Part shown: in pieces, positions 1-18,215 of the stretch
Layout of the letters: each line of letters begins with the position of its first letter
Position numbering within the stretch: the first letter of the stretch is position 1
Assembly: GCF_009914755.1 (NCBI RefSeq)
Contig: NC_060927.1
DNA: 64,000 bases
Strand: one strand, 5' to 3'
DNA from: the human T2T-CHM13v2.0 reference genome, Homo sapiens
Notes under the pieces: model-generated
Told to the model about the DNA's origin: nothing
Databases searched by the model: none
Seen by the model: only the letters and a program-made list of their open reading frames with translations
Position numbers and translations under genes: made by a program

Positions 1-42
1 AATGCTGCTAGAAGATTCTTTCTATGTCTCCTAGTCCAGACA

Positions 43-758
43 TGTGAGGGTTTCTGTAAGGTATTTGGCAGTTCTTGGTTTGGTTTACTCTCAGATCCAG
101 TTCTCGCCTTTCTGCTGCTCTGCTTTGTATACAGAAGGCGGACACCCAAAGCTGTGTGTTTCAGGGTTTTGTGTCAGCTGGGTTGGTGTGTGGGAGGCAC
201 CGGAGAGGGAGATTGGAGGGCACAAAGAAGAAAGAAGCCAGGTATTTGTCCCCCTCTCTCTGTCTTGAATGGTCTTTCTGTGAGTAGCAGTGGCTGAGTG
301 TCTTCCTGGCTCTCGGTTCGGGACGGGTCCACTGTGGTTCTAGCTTCTGCCAGGTGATTATTGTCCATGCATTTCTTTAACATTGTTTCCTTTGTCTTGC
401 TAGCCTAGGGGTCATCAAACTTTTCTTGTAAAGGAGCAGAGAGTAAAATATTTTAGTCTTTATAGGTCATACAGTCTCTGTTGCACTCAACTCTGTGAGT
501 GGGTGTGTCTGTGTTCCAATAAAACTTTATTTCCAAAAACTAGCAGTGAGCTGGATTTGGGTTGCAGGCTATTGTTGGCTGCCTCCTGCCTAGCCTAAGG
601 GTTGTAGTAGCTGCCTGCTGTTGCTAATGTTTCCATTGCTTCATTAACCTGTTTGGTTTCTCAGGTGTTTCATCACATCACAGTTTCCTTCATTCATTAA
701 CCTATGTCACAAATACTTAGGTGTTTGCAGATTTTCTGGTAGGACTCTGGCTGATTCA
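43..758 (+). mobile_element. Solo ERVL LTR (LTR41/LTR33-like), interrupted by MER58A
   Basis: TG start; family motifs GGGAGGCAC..GGAGATTGGAGGGC..AGAAGCCAGGTATTT and GCTGTTGCTA; terminus GGACTCTGGCTGATTCA resembles the GACCCTGACTGATACA end. Confidence 0.65.
406..588 (-). mobile_element. MER58A hAT-Charlie MITE, internally deleted
   Basis: AGGGGTC..AAACTTTT..TGTAAAGG and TGTGTTCCAATAAAACTTTATTT motifs; near 8-bp TSD gctagcct/cctagcct. Confidence 0.8.
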
Positions 759-1010
759 AGGTTATACTAAGGATTAGAATTGCTGGGTTGTAAGTTATGT
801 ACATTTTCAGCCCTAACAAGATGTCAGATTATTTTCTAAAATTCATTGTACCAATTTCCAGTTCTTCCAGGTATATGAAAGAGCTCTCTTTGATTCCTGT
901 CTTTGCTAACACTTGGTGTTATCAGACCTCTTAATTTTGGCTAACCTGGTGGGTTTAAAATGGCATATTAAACCATTGGCATATTATCATGGTATTAAAT
1001 TTCATTTACT

Positions 1011-1300
1011 GGCCCTGTGTGTTGGCTCATGCCTGTAATCTCAGCACTTTGGGAGGCCGAGGCAAGAGGATTTCTTGAGACCAGCCTAGGCAACATCATA
1101 AGTGAGACCCCATCTCTACAGAAAATTAAAAAATTAGCTGGGCATAGTGGCATGTGCCTGTGGTCTCAGCTACTCCTAGGAGGCTGAGGGGGGTGCTCAC
1201 TTGAGCCGGGGAGATCAAGGCTGCGCTGAACCATGTTCTTATCACTGCTCTACAGCCTGAGCAACACAGTCAGACCCTGTCTCAAAAAAAAAAAAAAAAA
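1011..1300 (+). mobile_element. AluJ
   Basis: Dimeric Alu with GCTGCGCTGAACCATG J-type motif and A tail. Confidence 0.9.
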
Positions 1301-2700
1301 CATTCACCCACTTGCTATATTTATTCGCTGTTCATGTTTCTTTTTCTGTGAAATCTCTGTTCCCAGGGATAAAACTCAAAATATTTTTAAAACATGTTAA
1401 ACAATATGGCAGGTTTTTCACACTCAGTATTTCAAAGTTGTGCTGCTGGATGAGTATCAACCCCATCTATTCCATTCTTTGTTCATTTGGTTGTCTTATT
1501 TCTCCCCTTTCAGTGATAATTCTTTCTATTATTTATTTTCATGGTTGTTCCAGGACTAACACTATAAATTCTCAGCCTATCAAAATATTAATAGTGAATA
1601 TTGTACCACTTCACACTTCAGGTGTCCCACCTGATACTTTCCACATCCAATAACCTTAAAATGGCACAATTCCATTAACCTGCCACCCCATTCTTTGTGC
1701 TATTATTGTCATATCTTTTATTTCTATATACATGATAAATGCCACCTTACAATATTATTTTTTTCTTTAAGCAGTCAGTTGTCATTGAAAGGAATTAGAA
1801 GATAAAAAAGTTTTTAAAATTTACCCTCTTATTTACCAATTCTGGCACTCTTCATTTTTTTTTCTGTAGTTCCAGATTTCCATCTGGTATTATTTTTCTT
1901 TATCCTGAAGAATATCCTTTAGCATTTCTTGTAAAGCAGGTCTGCTGGTGCCAGATTCTCCTGGCTTTTGTTTATCTGCAAATGTCTTCATTCATCCCTG
2001 TTTTGGAAGGATACTTTTGTTAGATACAGAATTATGGGATGTCAGCTTGTTTTTTTCTTTCAGCACTCTAAATATATCATTCCAATGTCTTATAGCCCTC
2101 ATTGTTTGTAATGAGAAGTCAGCTGTTATTCATATCATTGTTTCCTGTATGTAATGTGTCTCTTTCTCTCTTTTTTTTCACTGTGGGCTTTCAATATTTT
2201 TCTCTTTATCTTTAGTTAAAGATATACCAATGGTGTGCCCAAGTGTGTGTGGGTTTTTTTTTTAATTTAGCCTATCTTCATTTATCTGTAAGTCAAGTTT
2301 TACATTTAAATTTGGAAAACTTTTGGCCATTCCTTCCTTGTATAACTATCTATTCCACTTTCACCCTCCCTCTGGGACTCATTTTAATGTATGTGAGACT
2401 GGTAATTTTTATAAATTCCTGAGGCCCAGTTCACTTTCTTTTTCCTTCCTTCCTTCCTTCCTTCTTCTCTCTCTCTCTTTCTTTTTTTTGAGATGCAGTC
2501 TCATTCTGTTGCTCAGGAGGTCTCAAACTTTTCTTGAATTTTGTTCTTTCTCTTTTTAAGATTGGATACTTTTTATTGCCCTGTCTTCAAGTTTGCTAAC
2601 CCTTTCTTCTGTCAAGCTCATACAATAAATTTTTCATTTCAGTTATTGTTCTTTTCAATTCTACAATTTCCACTTGGATGTTTAAAAAATTTTTGGGGGG

Positions 2701-3010
2701 ATGCTGAGCATGGTGGCTTATGCTTGTAATTCCAGCACTTTGGGAGGCTGAGGCAGGACGATCACTTGAGGCTAGGAGTTTGGGACCAGCCTGGGAAACA
2801 CAGCAAGACAAATGTCTACCAAAAAAATAAAATAATTAGCCAGGCATGATGACATGAGCATGTAGTCCCAGCTATTAGGGAGGCTGAGGTGGGACGATTG
2901 CTTGAGCCTAGGAGTTTGAGGTTGCAGTGGGCTGTGATCATACCACTACCTCCAGCCCGGGTGACAGAGTGAGACCCTGTCTCAAAAAATAAAAAATAAA
3001 ATAAAACAAA
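2701..3010 (+). mobile_element. AluJ
   Basis: GATTGCTTGAGCCTAGGAG, A-rich tail. Confidence 0.9.
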
Positions 3011-3620
3011 TTTTCTTTTCACTGCTGATCATCCCTATCTTTTTGCTTATTAATACCATATGATTCTTTAAGTCTTGACCATATTTATAGCTGCTTAAAG
3101 TTGTTTGCTAAATCATATATACCTGTGCCATCTCAAGGTCACATTTTTCTGTTTTTTTTTTCATGTATAATAGTCTTAAATTGCATGCTGGAAATTGGTG
3201 CTGATATTTAATACATTGTAGAGACCTTGAGTTTTATTTTCTTCCTCCAAAGGGTGATGATTTTTGTTCTAGCAGGCAGTTCAATTACTGGCTGATCACT
3301 TTGAATTTGCGTAGAATTACTTTTAGGCTTTGCTAGGCTAGATCTGGGGAAGGCCCGTATTTGTGGCAAGCCCCTCCCGACAACCCCTGTAAATTGGCAG
3401 GACTCAAAACTCCAAAACTGTCTCTCCCCTGCAGATCTTGTCAAGGCTGTTGAGCCGTCTTTTTCTTATTATTGTTTATATATCCTGGATACAAATTCTT
3501 TGTTACTTAGATGCGTTGAAAATACTTTCAGTTTATGGCTTGCCTTTTCACTTTCTTTATGATATCTTGATGAACAGAGGTTATTTATTTTAACATAGTA
3601 AAATTTTTCAGGCTTTTTAA

Positions 3621-3908
<288 letters not shown>

Positions 3909-4102
3909 TTTTTTCTTTCTTTTTTTAATGTTAGTGTTTTTTCCATCTTTTTCAGGAAACTTTTTGTACTCTCAAGTCATAAAGATAATCTCTTCTAAAT
4001 ATTTAAGTGTGCCTTTCCCAGTTAAATTTTTAGTCCATCTGAAATTGATTTTTATACATGGTTTGGGGTAGAAATCCAGTTTAATTTTTTCCATATAGGT
4101 AA

Positions 4103-4664
<562 letters not shown>

Positions 4665-4667
4665 TAA

Positions 4668-5073
<406 letters not shown>

Positions 5074-5444
5074 CCTTCCATGTATATTTTAGAATCAGCT
5101 TGTCAAGTTCCTATTTATTGGGAACCTATCATGTATCCAGCGAAAGAAGAGAAGTTTTAGAATATAACATGGTCTTTGTTTATAATGCGCCTGTATTCAA
5201 ATTGCAGAGAAGACTAATATATATGAAACAGTGAATAGAATAAGATATTTTGTAAAGTGCAGAAATGTGTGGAATATATTAGACAGGTAGGAGAAACCCA
5301 CAGGGAAGCTGGAGAAAGAGGACTTTAAGGGATAAAGGGATTAGAGAAATCTCAAAGAGGGTGGTAAGCCTTGAAAGGTGAGATGAAGAGGGGAAGGAGA
5401 GGTACACTCAGAGGTGATTAAAATAAAACTTACCTGAGTATGAA

Positions 5445-5625
5445 TGCATCCCAGTTTACAAAGTACTTTCACATATATTATCTCACTTGGTCCTCAAAGA
5501 ATATGACTGGGTAAGACAGGTAGTAGTCCCACTTTAGGGGAAGTATAGGTAAAGTGGTTTGCCTGAGAATCCATTTTGTAAATGTTAGGCTGAGACTTCA
5601 AAGCAGATCTACTTCTGGTTCAGAA
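5445..5625 (-). mobile_element. MIR
   Basis: TTTCACATATATTATCTCACTTGGTCCTCA is the antisense MIR 3' core. Confidence 0.6.
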
Positions 5626-6328
5626 TTCTTTACATTGCATCACTTTTTCTCTCCATATATGGGAATAGGTGCTGAAGGAAGCTAGGAGTCCTGGAACTGA
5701 GGTGTGTGTGATGCATGTGCCTTCTTCCTTAGGCAGAGCACGCCAGGAATTAGGAGAGGCCCCCTGACCAGAGACACTGAGTAATGCTTTTAGCATCCAG
5801 GCCCATTCAGCTAGGGGCCCTGAAGAGGAGATCACTGGGAGCAAATAAAATAAGAGCGGCAGATAACAATCACATGGCCTCAAAAAGATCTTGCACACTT
5901 CTTAGGAAATTAAATTTAATATAGAATCAGTTATGTTAATATGGTGGCTCTGTTGTAACGGGCTTGTTGTTTTTCCTTAAAAATAATACCACAAATTGTG
6001 TATTTCTATCAGGCAAAATTTGGGGTTGCTATCATTTGCTGGGAACTTTTATTTGGCACAACATTGTTTTGGGCACAGAGCTGGTCTTCCAATGCAAAAT
6101 AGTGGAAGCTGGTAACATTTAAATGCATTTCCAGCAAGTTCCCTTTTCTTCATCTATCCCCAATCCATTAAGTGCTGAGTTCCATCTGGTATCCAGTGCC
6201 CCATTGATGATTCTCCCTCATTTCTAAGTAACACCACCGTCCAAGATTGAATGTCAACCAATCATGCCACAGGAAACTGATGTATGGTAAGTTATTCTGA
6301 AATCTTTCAGGAGTATCTTCATTCAAAA

Positions 6329-6704
<376 letters not shown>

Positions 6705-8109
6705 TCATCGTCTTCCCCTACTCTTCCCCATCCAGACTCCCCTTACCTTCAGCCAACATCTTTGCCAGGGGGATGACCTAGCCACGCCCACAATCTTTGA
6801 GGAGTCTGAGCTTCGGTCAACCACGCCCTTCTCAGGCTATGGCTGCGGCACCTCTGCATTCACCACCGAAATAGAACAAGACAACACCAAGAGGTGCCTA
6901 AGTGAATCTCCTGGGTGTCCAAAGTTCCCCACCCCAACACTCCCTCTGCCAGCAACTGTAGCTTACAGTTCAGTGGGACTCTCACTGCATCCCCTAGAGT
7001 GAGCGTTCCCCTTTGGGAATCAGGACCTCTAACTGACAGAGCACAGAATTGCGGAGATGGGAAGTACAAATTCTCCTAGTGGGTCAGTGGAAGTGATGGT
7101 AAGTGGGGTCATTTTTGTCTAAATGAATTGTTACCTATGTTAGGTGGAAGGTAGCCAATGTGACTTGCCACCAAGTACTGCCATCACACTTGCCACCAAG
7201 TGGCCAGTGGGTCTACTTAAGGGATAAAACTATATTCTGCACTCAAAGTTGGTCTTTGTCACTGGCAGTGGCAGTAGCTAGATCAGCCTCAGTAAATGGG
7301 ACCCTATGTTGTTCCCAGGTGTAACCAACATTGTTGTCATTATGGTACTCTGTTCATATGTACCCATGTGCCAGCACTGGAGTGACTGATGTCAACTGGC
7401 TGTCAACTGAACTATACCCTGAGACTTAGTTCCTCTTCCTGGTGGATGCTCTGTGGTGGGCATGAACATGCAACACAACTGTCTATATACTTTGTGTCCA
7501 CTCCCATAAGTTATAGACTCAGATTTCTTGTCCCTGATATACCATTATTTCTCCTTCTTGTTCCCTGACAACCTGGCCAAGCCATTTTACACTGCCATGA
7601 ATTGGTGTATATTCTAACCTCAGGTCATTTCTCTTTCCATATCACTATTTCAAATACCTCTGAGTCAGGTGGAAATAGAGTCCCTTTCTGATTTGCATTC
7701 ATATCTTAAATTGACCCATCCAAAAACCAAGCTTGGCCCATTCATCAGTTCACCATAACATACTTCCCCTGTCCCCCATATGAAACCATAGAGCACAGGG
7801 ACAGGTACTGGTGCAATGGTGTCGTATGACATGGGGGTCTGTTATACCTGCTCATGCAGCTTGCTTGTAACCTCTGGTCCTGCTTGTGCTCGTTCTTGGA
7901 TGTACCACTTCTATCTTTCAGCAGATTGCTGCTGGGCCTGCCAACCTTATGATTTGGTGGGCCTTATAGGACCCAGTTCATGATGGGTTGTTCTAGATGC
8001 ATGGTGTCCCATTATTGGGCACTCCATTTCCACCACACCAGGTGCGGATTTTTGAAAGGTGTATGCTTCTCTGCTGCAGATCATATGGGCTTGTTTCAGA
8101 ACTCTAGGG

Positions 8110-8409
8110 TTTTTGTTGTTGTTGGTTTGTTGTTGTTGTTGGTTTTTGGGATAAGGTCTTGCTCCCTCACCCAGGTTGGAGTGCTGTGGCTCAATTATGG
8201 CTCACGGCAGCCTTGACCTCCCACTTCAGCCTCCCAAATAGCTGGGACTACAGGAGTGCACCACGTTGTCTGGCTAATTTTTGTATTTTTTGTAGAGACA
8301 GAGTTTTGCTATGTTGCCCAAGCTGGTCTGGAACTTCTGGGCTTCAGTGATCTGCCCGCCTCAACCTCTCAAAGTGTTAGGATTACAGGTGTGAACCACC
8401 ATGCCTGGC
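8110..8409 (-). mobile_element. AluJ with (TTG)n tail
   Basis: TSD gaact(c/t)tagggtttt. Confidence 0.88.
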
Positions 8410-10194
8410 GAACTTTAGGGTTTTCTAGTGTAATTTTCCCACTGGGGCTTTCAAGAAAATCCTCATGTCTTTTCTCAACATTGATACCGCTAATACCCTG
8501 GGGGCTGCTGTGATGTATGGACTAAGCGGAAGGGTCACTTCCATTGTGACCTGGACTCACTGCAGGGTCCTTTCCTGCTCTGAATCCCACTCAAAGCAGG
8601 CAGCTTTTCATGTAACTCAGTACATGGGTTAGAGCAGTGTTTCCTGGTGTGAAATATGCTGCCTTTAGAATCTGAAGAGGCCTATCAGGCACTGTGTTTC
8701 CTTCTTTTTAGTGGGATGCAATAATTTGTCCTTAACTTTGGAGGGGATTTCCTGGCATGCACCAGATCACTGATTTTATTGATGTGGAAGACCCCAACTG
8801 TTTGCAGGGTTTATTTCCCACTCTCTGGAAAGTATACTTGCCTCAACAAGTCCCTTAATGTGCTAGCTACTTGCTGTCCATCTAGATGGCATAGTCATCA
8901 TCTATATAGAAAATCAGTATGATATTCTGTGGGATTTTCAGCCAGACCAGATCTCTCCAAAGAGTAGGAGAGTTACTATAGCTCTGGGACAAGACTATAA
9001 ATGTATACTGTTGTTTCTTCTAAGTGAATGTAAACTGTACCTAATAATCTTTTCCAAAAGAGATAGAATACAATTATCAGATCATACCACATACCTGAGG
9101 CCATCCAGGTCTGTTCTACCAAAGATAGCATATCTGACACAGCAGCTGCAACTGTGGTTACTACTTGGTTAAATTTGCAGTAGCCTACTTTCATTGCCCA
9201 GAATTTGTCTCATTTTCTCCAGGCGCCAGACTGATGAATTAAATGAAGACATGTTGGAAACCACTATCTCTGCATCCTTTCAATCAGGATGCACTAATTT
9301 TTCCATTTCCCCTGAATGCAATATTGCTTTGCATTTCCTATCTTGGCTTGCTTGTAAGCCAAGGAGTTGGGGGCAGTTTCACAGGTTTTCACTTGGCCTT
9401 TCCACTATGAAACCTTTTACCCTATAGGCCAAGGTACCAGTGTGGTGGTTCCAAATACTAAGTATGTCCTTCCAGTTACACATTAGAGAATCAGAGAGAT
9501 GACTACTTTATGGGTTGCAGACCTACTTGACATTTCTGTGACTAGGACTTGGGCCAGGACTCCAGTTTTTACCTAAACTCCATATGATCCACTGGGAGGA
9601 CTTGGTGCTTATTTAGTACTCTGGGAATTAACGTCGACTTGGACCCTGTGTCCACTAGGGTCCTTTTATGCAGTCTCCTTTCCTTAGTGTATGGTTATGC
9701 AAATAAATAATAGTAGGCCCATTTGTGGAGGAAACATAGGGAAACACTACCATGTACACTTGCCATGGCGTTACAGGATCCTTCCATCTGGGAGTCTGGC
9801 ATCTCCTTTAGGCAATTATTTGGGTCTAAAACCTGGCCCAGGTTCAGAAGTTGCTGCATTATCTTCAAGCAAGAGGGCAATAGTAGCCCCCAGTTGGCAG
9901 GAGTGGGCCACTCCTGTGCAATCACAAGGTTCAGGGAAATATAGTCAACATTTTCAAGTGGGTCAACTCAAATGTCTCACAGCTAAGCTAACAAGAGGGC
10001 TTAGGCTTTAAACCCTGTGTCAATGAGTCATTGGATAAAGGCTGCCCTGGAAAGAGGCCATGACCTTGACATTTTCTTAGGGACAATGGCCCTCAACCTC
10101 CTCAGTATCCATCCTTGATTTATTTTGGTTTTACAATTTGAGTAATATCCTTGTTGGCATCCCACTTATTTTGTTTCTAGAGATCCTGTATTCT

Positions 10195-10340
10195 TTTTTT
10201 TCCTTCTTCTTCTTCTTTTTTTTTTTTTTTTTCCTGAGACAGGGTCTCACTCTGTTGCCCAGGCAAGAGTGCAGTGGTACAATCTTAGCTCACTGTAATC
10301 TTGAATTCCTGGGCTCAAATGATCCTCCCAAAGTGCTGGA
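10195..10340 (-). mobile_element. Internally deleted AluJ fragment
   Basis: GAGACAGGGTCTCACTCTG..GATCCTCCCAAAGTGCTGG fused monomers. Confidence 0.8.
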
Positions 10341-11848
10341 CTGTGTTCTATTAATCGTCTCCATAACTCTGTGTCTCAGCCCCCCTGGCTGCCCCTCCAA
10401 CCTTGCCTCTCACTGTGATAATGACATCCATCTGCCATCTGACAGTTAAGCATTACCATAGGGTGCAGGAGGGAGGGTCCTGTCATCCTCATCGTAGTTG
10501 CTATCAATGATTCCATTGGTATAATGGCATCTCTACCATCAGCCCTGGCCCGTAGAAGACAGCCACCATTAAACCTCTTCATAAAGCTGGTGTATGTTAT
10601 TACTTTGGTAAGTGGTGTATCCTCTGATGTGTTTTCCGACCTTTTATAGTATCCACCTAGCACCCTACCTCCCATCTTTTTAATCCTTTCCTCCATCATT
10701 TGCCAGGAACACTTCTTGTATTTCTACTTCACGTAGCATGGCCCACTGTCTTTTCTGTTTCTAGGAGCCATCCTAGTAACGTGTTCACACCGCCTCCTGG
10801 GATTCTTGCCAGATTATATTATGGATCCCAGGAGAGCATTCCCAAAGCTATAAACTCTTCGTTATTCAACCTTACGTTTGCCCTCCTTGCTCCAGCACCC
10901 TGAGAATCCAGTCCGATGTGTCCTCTCCTCACTCCTGCTGCTACATGCTGGCCAGGCCCTGGGGTGTAGTCTCCTTCCTCCCTCGCAGGCTGCAAGTCAG
11001 GTCCTACTTTTCTCACTTCCCTACCACGTTGCCTGGACTTAAGGAGCATTTAGTCTTTATTATTTGCTATTGCATCGCTTGATTATGTTGTGCCTCAAAC
11101 CTCATTGTTGGCCTAGTGACCAGGAGGAAGATGAGGGCGAGCCATGGGGGCACATGTTATTTTCCTGGGAAGAAGCTTTTGCATCATCTTTGAGCAAGAG
11201 GGGAGTGCCAGCCCCTAATCAGCAGGAGTGGCCTGCTTCTTCATGATTAGAAGGTTCAGGGAAGTATAGAGATTCAACATTTTCAAGTGGATCAACCCAG
11301 ATGTCTTCATCCCATGGGTAATGGTCCAGTTCTTTCCCAAGCAGGGCCCTGTCCTTGGCATAGCAAACCTACCTTGGTTGACAAACTCAACTGCTCTTAG
11401 GTCCTCAGCCTAACCCTTGGCTTTTTCTGTCCTATCATCACAGGTGATCAGAGCCTCTTCAAATGCTATGAAAGGGGCCATCTGGCTTTCACACTTAGCT
11501 TTTAATTGATGATTAATCACTATCAGCTTTCCATTATCTTTTTCCACAGTGTTGATTGTGTATTAGCAATAGCTACCCATTTTCATTGTTTTTATTGTTA
11601 CTATTTTGCCTGTATTTCTCCAATGCATGATATGTCACGCCAGCCAATGCCTTCCTTTCCATCAGCATACCATCCCAATGGTAACCTTCCTAATGGTTCC
11701 ATCCCAATGTGTCCCACCGTAGGTAAAAGTTTAAACTATTGCCCTGCTACCTTGGGCCACCTACCACCAGTGGTGGGATCCTCATTGCCAGCTGGGTGAT
11801 CCCCTTTCAAAATTCTAACCTAGTGTCTGCTTTTCAGACTACTAGAAT

Positions 11849-12252
11849 TGTCTAAGAGTCAGTTGAAGATCAGCATGCAGGAGATTTATTAGGAATTGCT
11901 CTTGGGATCAAAAACTGTGGAGGAGAAGGGAAGAAGTTGAGCTGTAATGCAGTCTCAGCGGAGGCCTCAGCTGACCCTATGGGGAGTTCAGAATCTGGGA
12001 TAAGGTGGCCCTTGGTGCTTGTCCCTAGTTGGGGTAAGAGGACTTAGCCTTTAAACCCCCATGGCAATGAGTCATCGGATGCAGGCTGCCCTGGTAAAGG
12101 ATCATGACCTTGGCAATGTGGTTGTCTTTCCAGGATGATTCCTGTAAAGGCTGACAGCTAAGGGCCTTCTGTTGGCAGCACTGACAGTAGCTGGGAGTGA
12201 CTCTTCCATTCCTGAAGGGAGGTCAGGGTGGGGCATCACAGCATCCAATACA
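11849..12252 (-). mobile_element. LTR16C-like 5' LTR
   Basis: Minus strand TG..GGATGCTGTG start, CCAAGGTCA, GAACTCCCCATAGGGTCAGCTGAGGCC, AATAAA, AGACA end. Confidence 0.8.
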
Positions 12253-12304
12253 ATCACTAGTCATGATTTTTAAACCAATACAATCACTAGTCATGATCTT
12301 TAAA
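12245..12304. repeat. 30-bp tandem duplication
   Basis: ccaatacaatcactagtcatgat(t/c)tttaaa x2. Confidence 0.95.
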
Positions 12305-13419
12305 AATCTTGAATGTGACATCTCCTGACCTCATCCACCTTGGTTGATGAAATAGATATGATTGTCTTGGTAGTCAAGAGTACTAGTTAACCAAAAGACT
12401 ATATGCTCTTTAAGTTTAGGCAAGCTAGTAAGGAAGTGAGAAAAGCAAGACCTGAACTTTGATCTGGAGCAAATCACTTTACCTTTGAACCTTTTTCCCT
12501 CTCTGTACAATGAAATGGCAGTCCCTGCCCTGCTTGCCTTCTGTTGTTTTGGATGACCTCATTAGCCATTAGACAACATATTTGAAAGTAATCTCTGATT
12601 TTATTTTTTATTTATTTTTATTATTTTTTTTCAACTAGGGGCATACCCAGATATCTCTGATTTTAAATCTTCCGCCAACCTAATACTGTTTCAGGTGGAC
12701 AGTAGGTGCCTGTTAACAAGTCATAGGTGGTGGGAGGATCCCTGCACTTAAAAATTTCATTTCACTGGAAATCTTCTCAGAGTGCTAAACACTTGAGGGA
12801 TTCACCATATTAAGTTGCTATCACTGATTCACATATATGGAGACACCTCTAGATGTGAACAGAGCAGTCCCAGGAAGGAGATATGTGAGAGTGTTAAAAA
12901 TATGCTGCCCAGCCATGGCTCTCCCATCAACGCTTGCTTCACTGGCTAGTTTAGCAAGAATGAGAGGGTGTTGCTCACTGGTTTGCTCTGATGGGAAGCT
13001 TGGCATTCTCCTGCAGCAATAAGAGGTCCTGTCTATTTTTCTAGTTAGGTCCCAAATCACCAATGTGTCATTCAAGTCTACTGAATCCCACAAAACCAGG
13101 AGTCCCTCAGTGGTCTCCAAATCCCAGCACTCCTGACAGCATGTGTAAGGAACTGTGCAGGTTTTGGCACTTCTCATGTCTATTCATTAGAAATTGAGTA
13201 GATAAAGAGAATTGATAAAATGCAGTTTCAAAATTTACCTCATTCATCATTTTTAGTGTTTTAGATGATAGCGAGTACATTCCACTCAATCACTCCTCAA
13301 CTCCTGGCAGGAGGTAATAAAGACACCTATTTGGGGCAGAGCGGGTAATGATAAAAATTCTATGCACCCAAAAGCACCTTGTTCATAGAACTATCACAGA
13401 GCCCAACTAAAATGCAGCC

Positions 13420-13777
13420 TCTGCTATATCAAGTTCACCAAGAAACAGACTTCTAGATAGGATAAAACATGAAGGGATTTCTTGAGGGAGGGAGCCGGAG
13501 AAGGCAAAGACCATGATGCAGGTCCGACATCTGTGCAGGGAGGAAGGGAAGGAAGCAGGATTGGGTAAGAAGAGTCTTGGACTGAAGCATGGCTCCAAAA
13601 GAGGTTCAGCCAGGTCAGTGGGAAGTCCTCAAGCCAGTTTCACATTGGAGGAGTCCTGTGTCTTGCTGGAATGAGCCTACCTTAATACCCCACTGTGCCT
13701 AATCATTGGCTGGACTATCAGTCAATTGCATGCCCCCCAGGAGGAGATCTGAGCTGTCCATTTTCATGGCCACCACT
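13420..13777 (-). mobile_element. LTR16A-like 3' LTR
   Basis: Minus strand GCTCAGATCTCC, CAGCCAATGA, GGACTCCTCCAA, CCCAATCCTGCTTCCTTCCC. Confidence 0.8.
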
Positions 13778-16800
<3,023 letters not shown>

Positions 16801-17029
16801 CCAGATAGATGGGGAGTCCTCAAGCTAAAGTTGCCTGTTGGAGGACTCTCTGTCTTGCTAGAATAAGCCTGCATTAGTACCCCTGCTGTGGCCAGCCATT
16901 GGTTGAGAGCAGCCCGTGGAAGCCTGGCACAAATGTGGTGGCAAATCCAGAGGAGTAGCAGCTGGAGCCATCAGTCAGTGATTCCCCTGCAGCAGGGGGC
17001 CTAAGCAGTGTGTTTTCACGGCTGCTACA
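16801..17029 (-). mobile_element. LTR16A-like 5' LTR, 5' half only
   Basis: Homologous to 13620-13777; minus-strand TGTAGCAGCC start. Confidence 0.8.
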
Positions 17030-17194
17030 CATCCTCTCTCAGGTAAGAGTCCAGGAGTGGAGAAGGCCTCTAGCTCACAATGTGGTAACGGGAAGGAATG
17101 ACTGTACCAAAGACAGGTAGGCATAGTTTCTGGGGTTTCTTTCCCTAAATTATCTTTGGAAACTTCACTTTCACTTATTTTTTGATGTGCCCAA

Positions 17195-18105
<911 letters not shown>

Positions 18106-18132
18106 GTACCCAGCATTCTTTTTTACTTATTA

Positions 18133-18215
18133 CTTTTTTAGAGATGAGGTCTTACTATATTGTCCAGGCTGATCTCAAACTTCTGGGCTCAAGTAATCCT
18201 CCTGTGTTGGCCCAA
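18133..18215 (-). mobile_element. Alu left-monomer fragment (FLAM-like)
   Basis: AGAGATGAGGTCTTACTATATTGTCCAGGCTG. Confidence 0.7.

Noticed and set aside
6229-6292. Strong donor atg|gtaagt near 6287
   Set aside because: No convincing acceptor or recognisable reading frame upstream
12245-12304. Short direct repeats as CRISPR-like arrays
   Set aside because: Only 2-3 adjacent copies, no spacers, eukaryotic context
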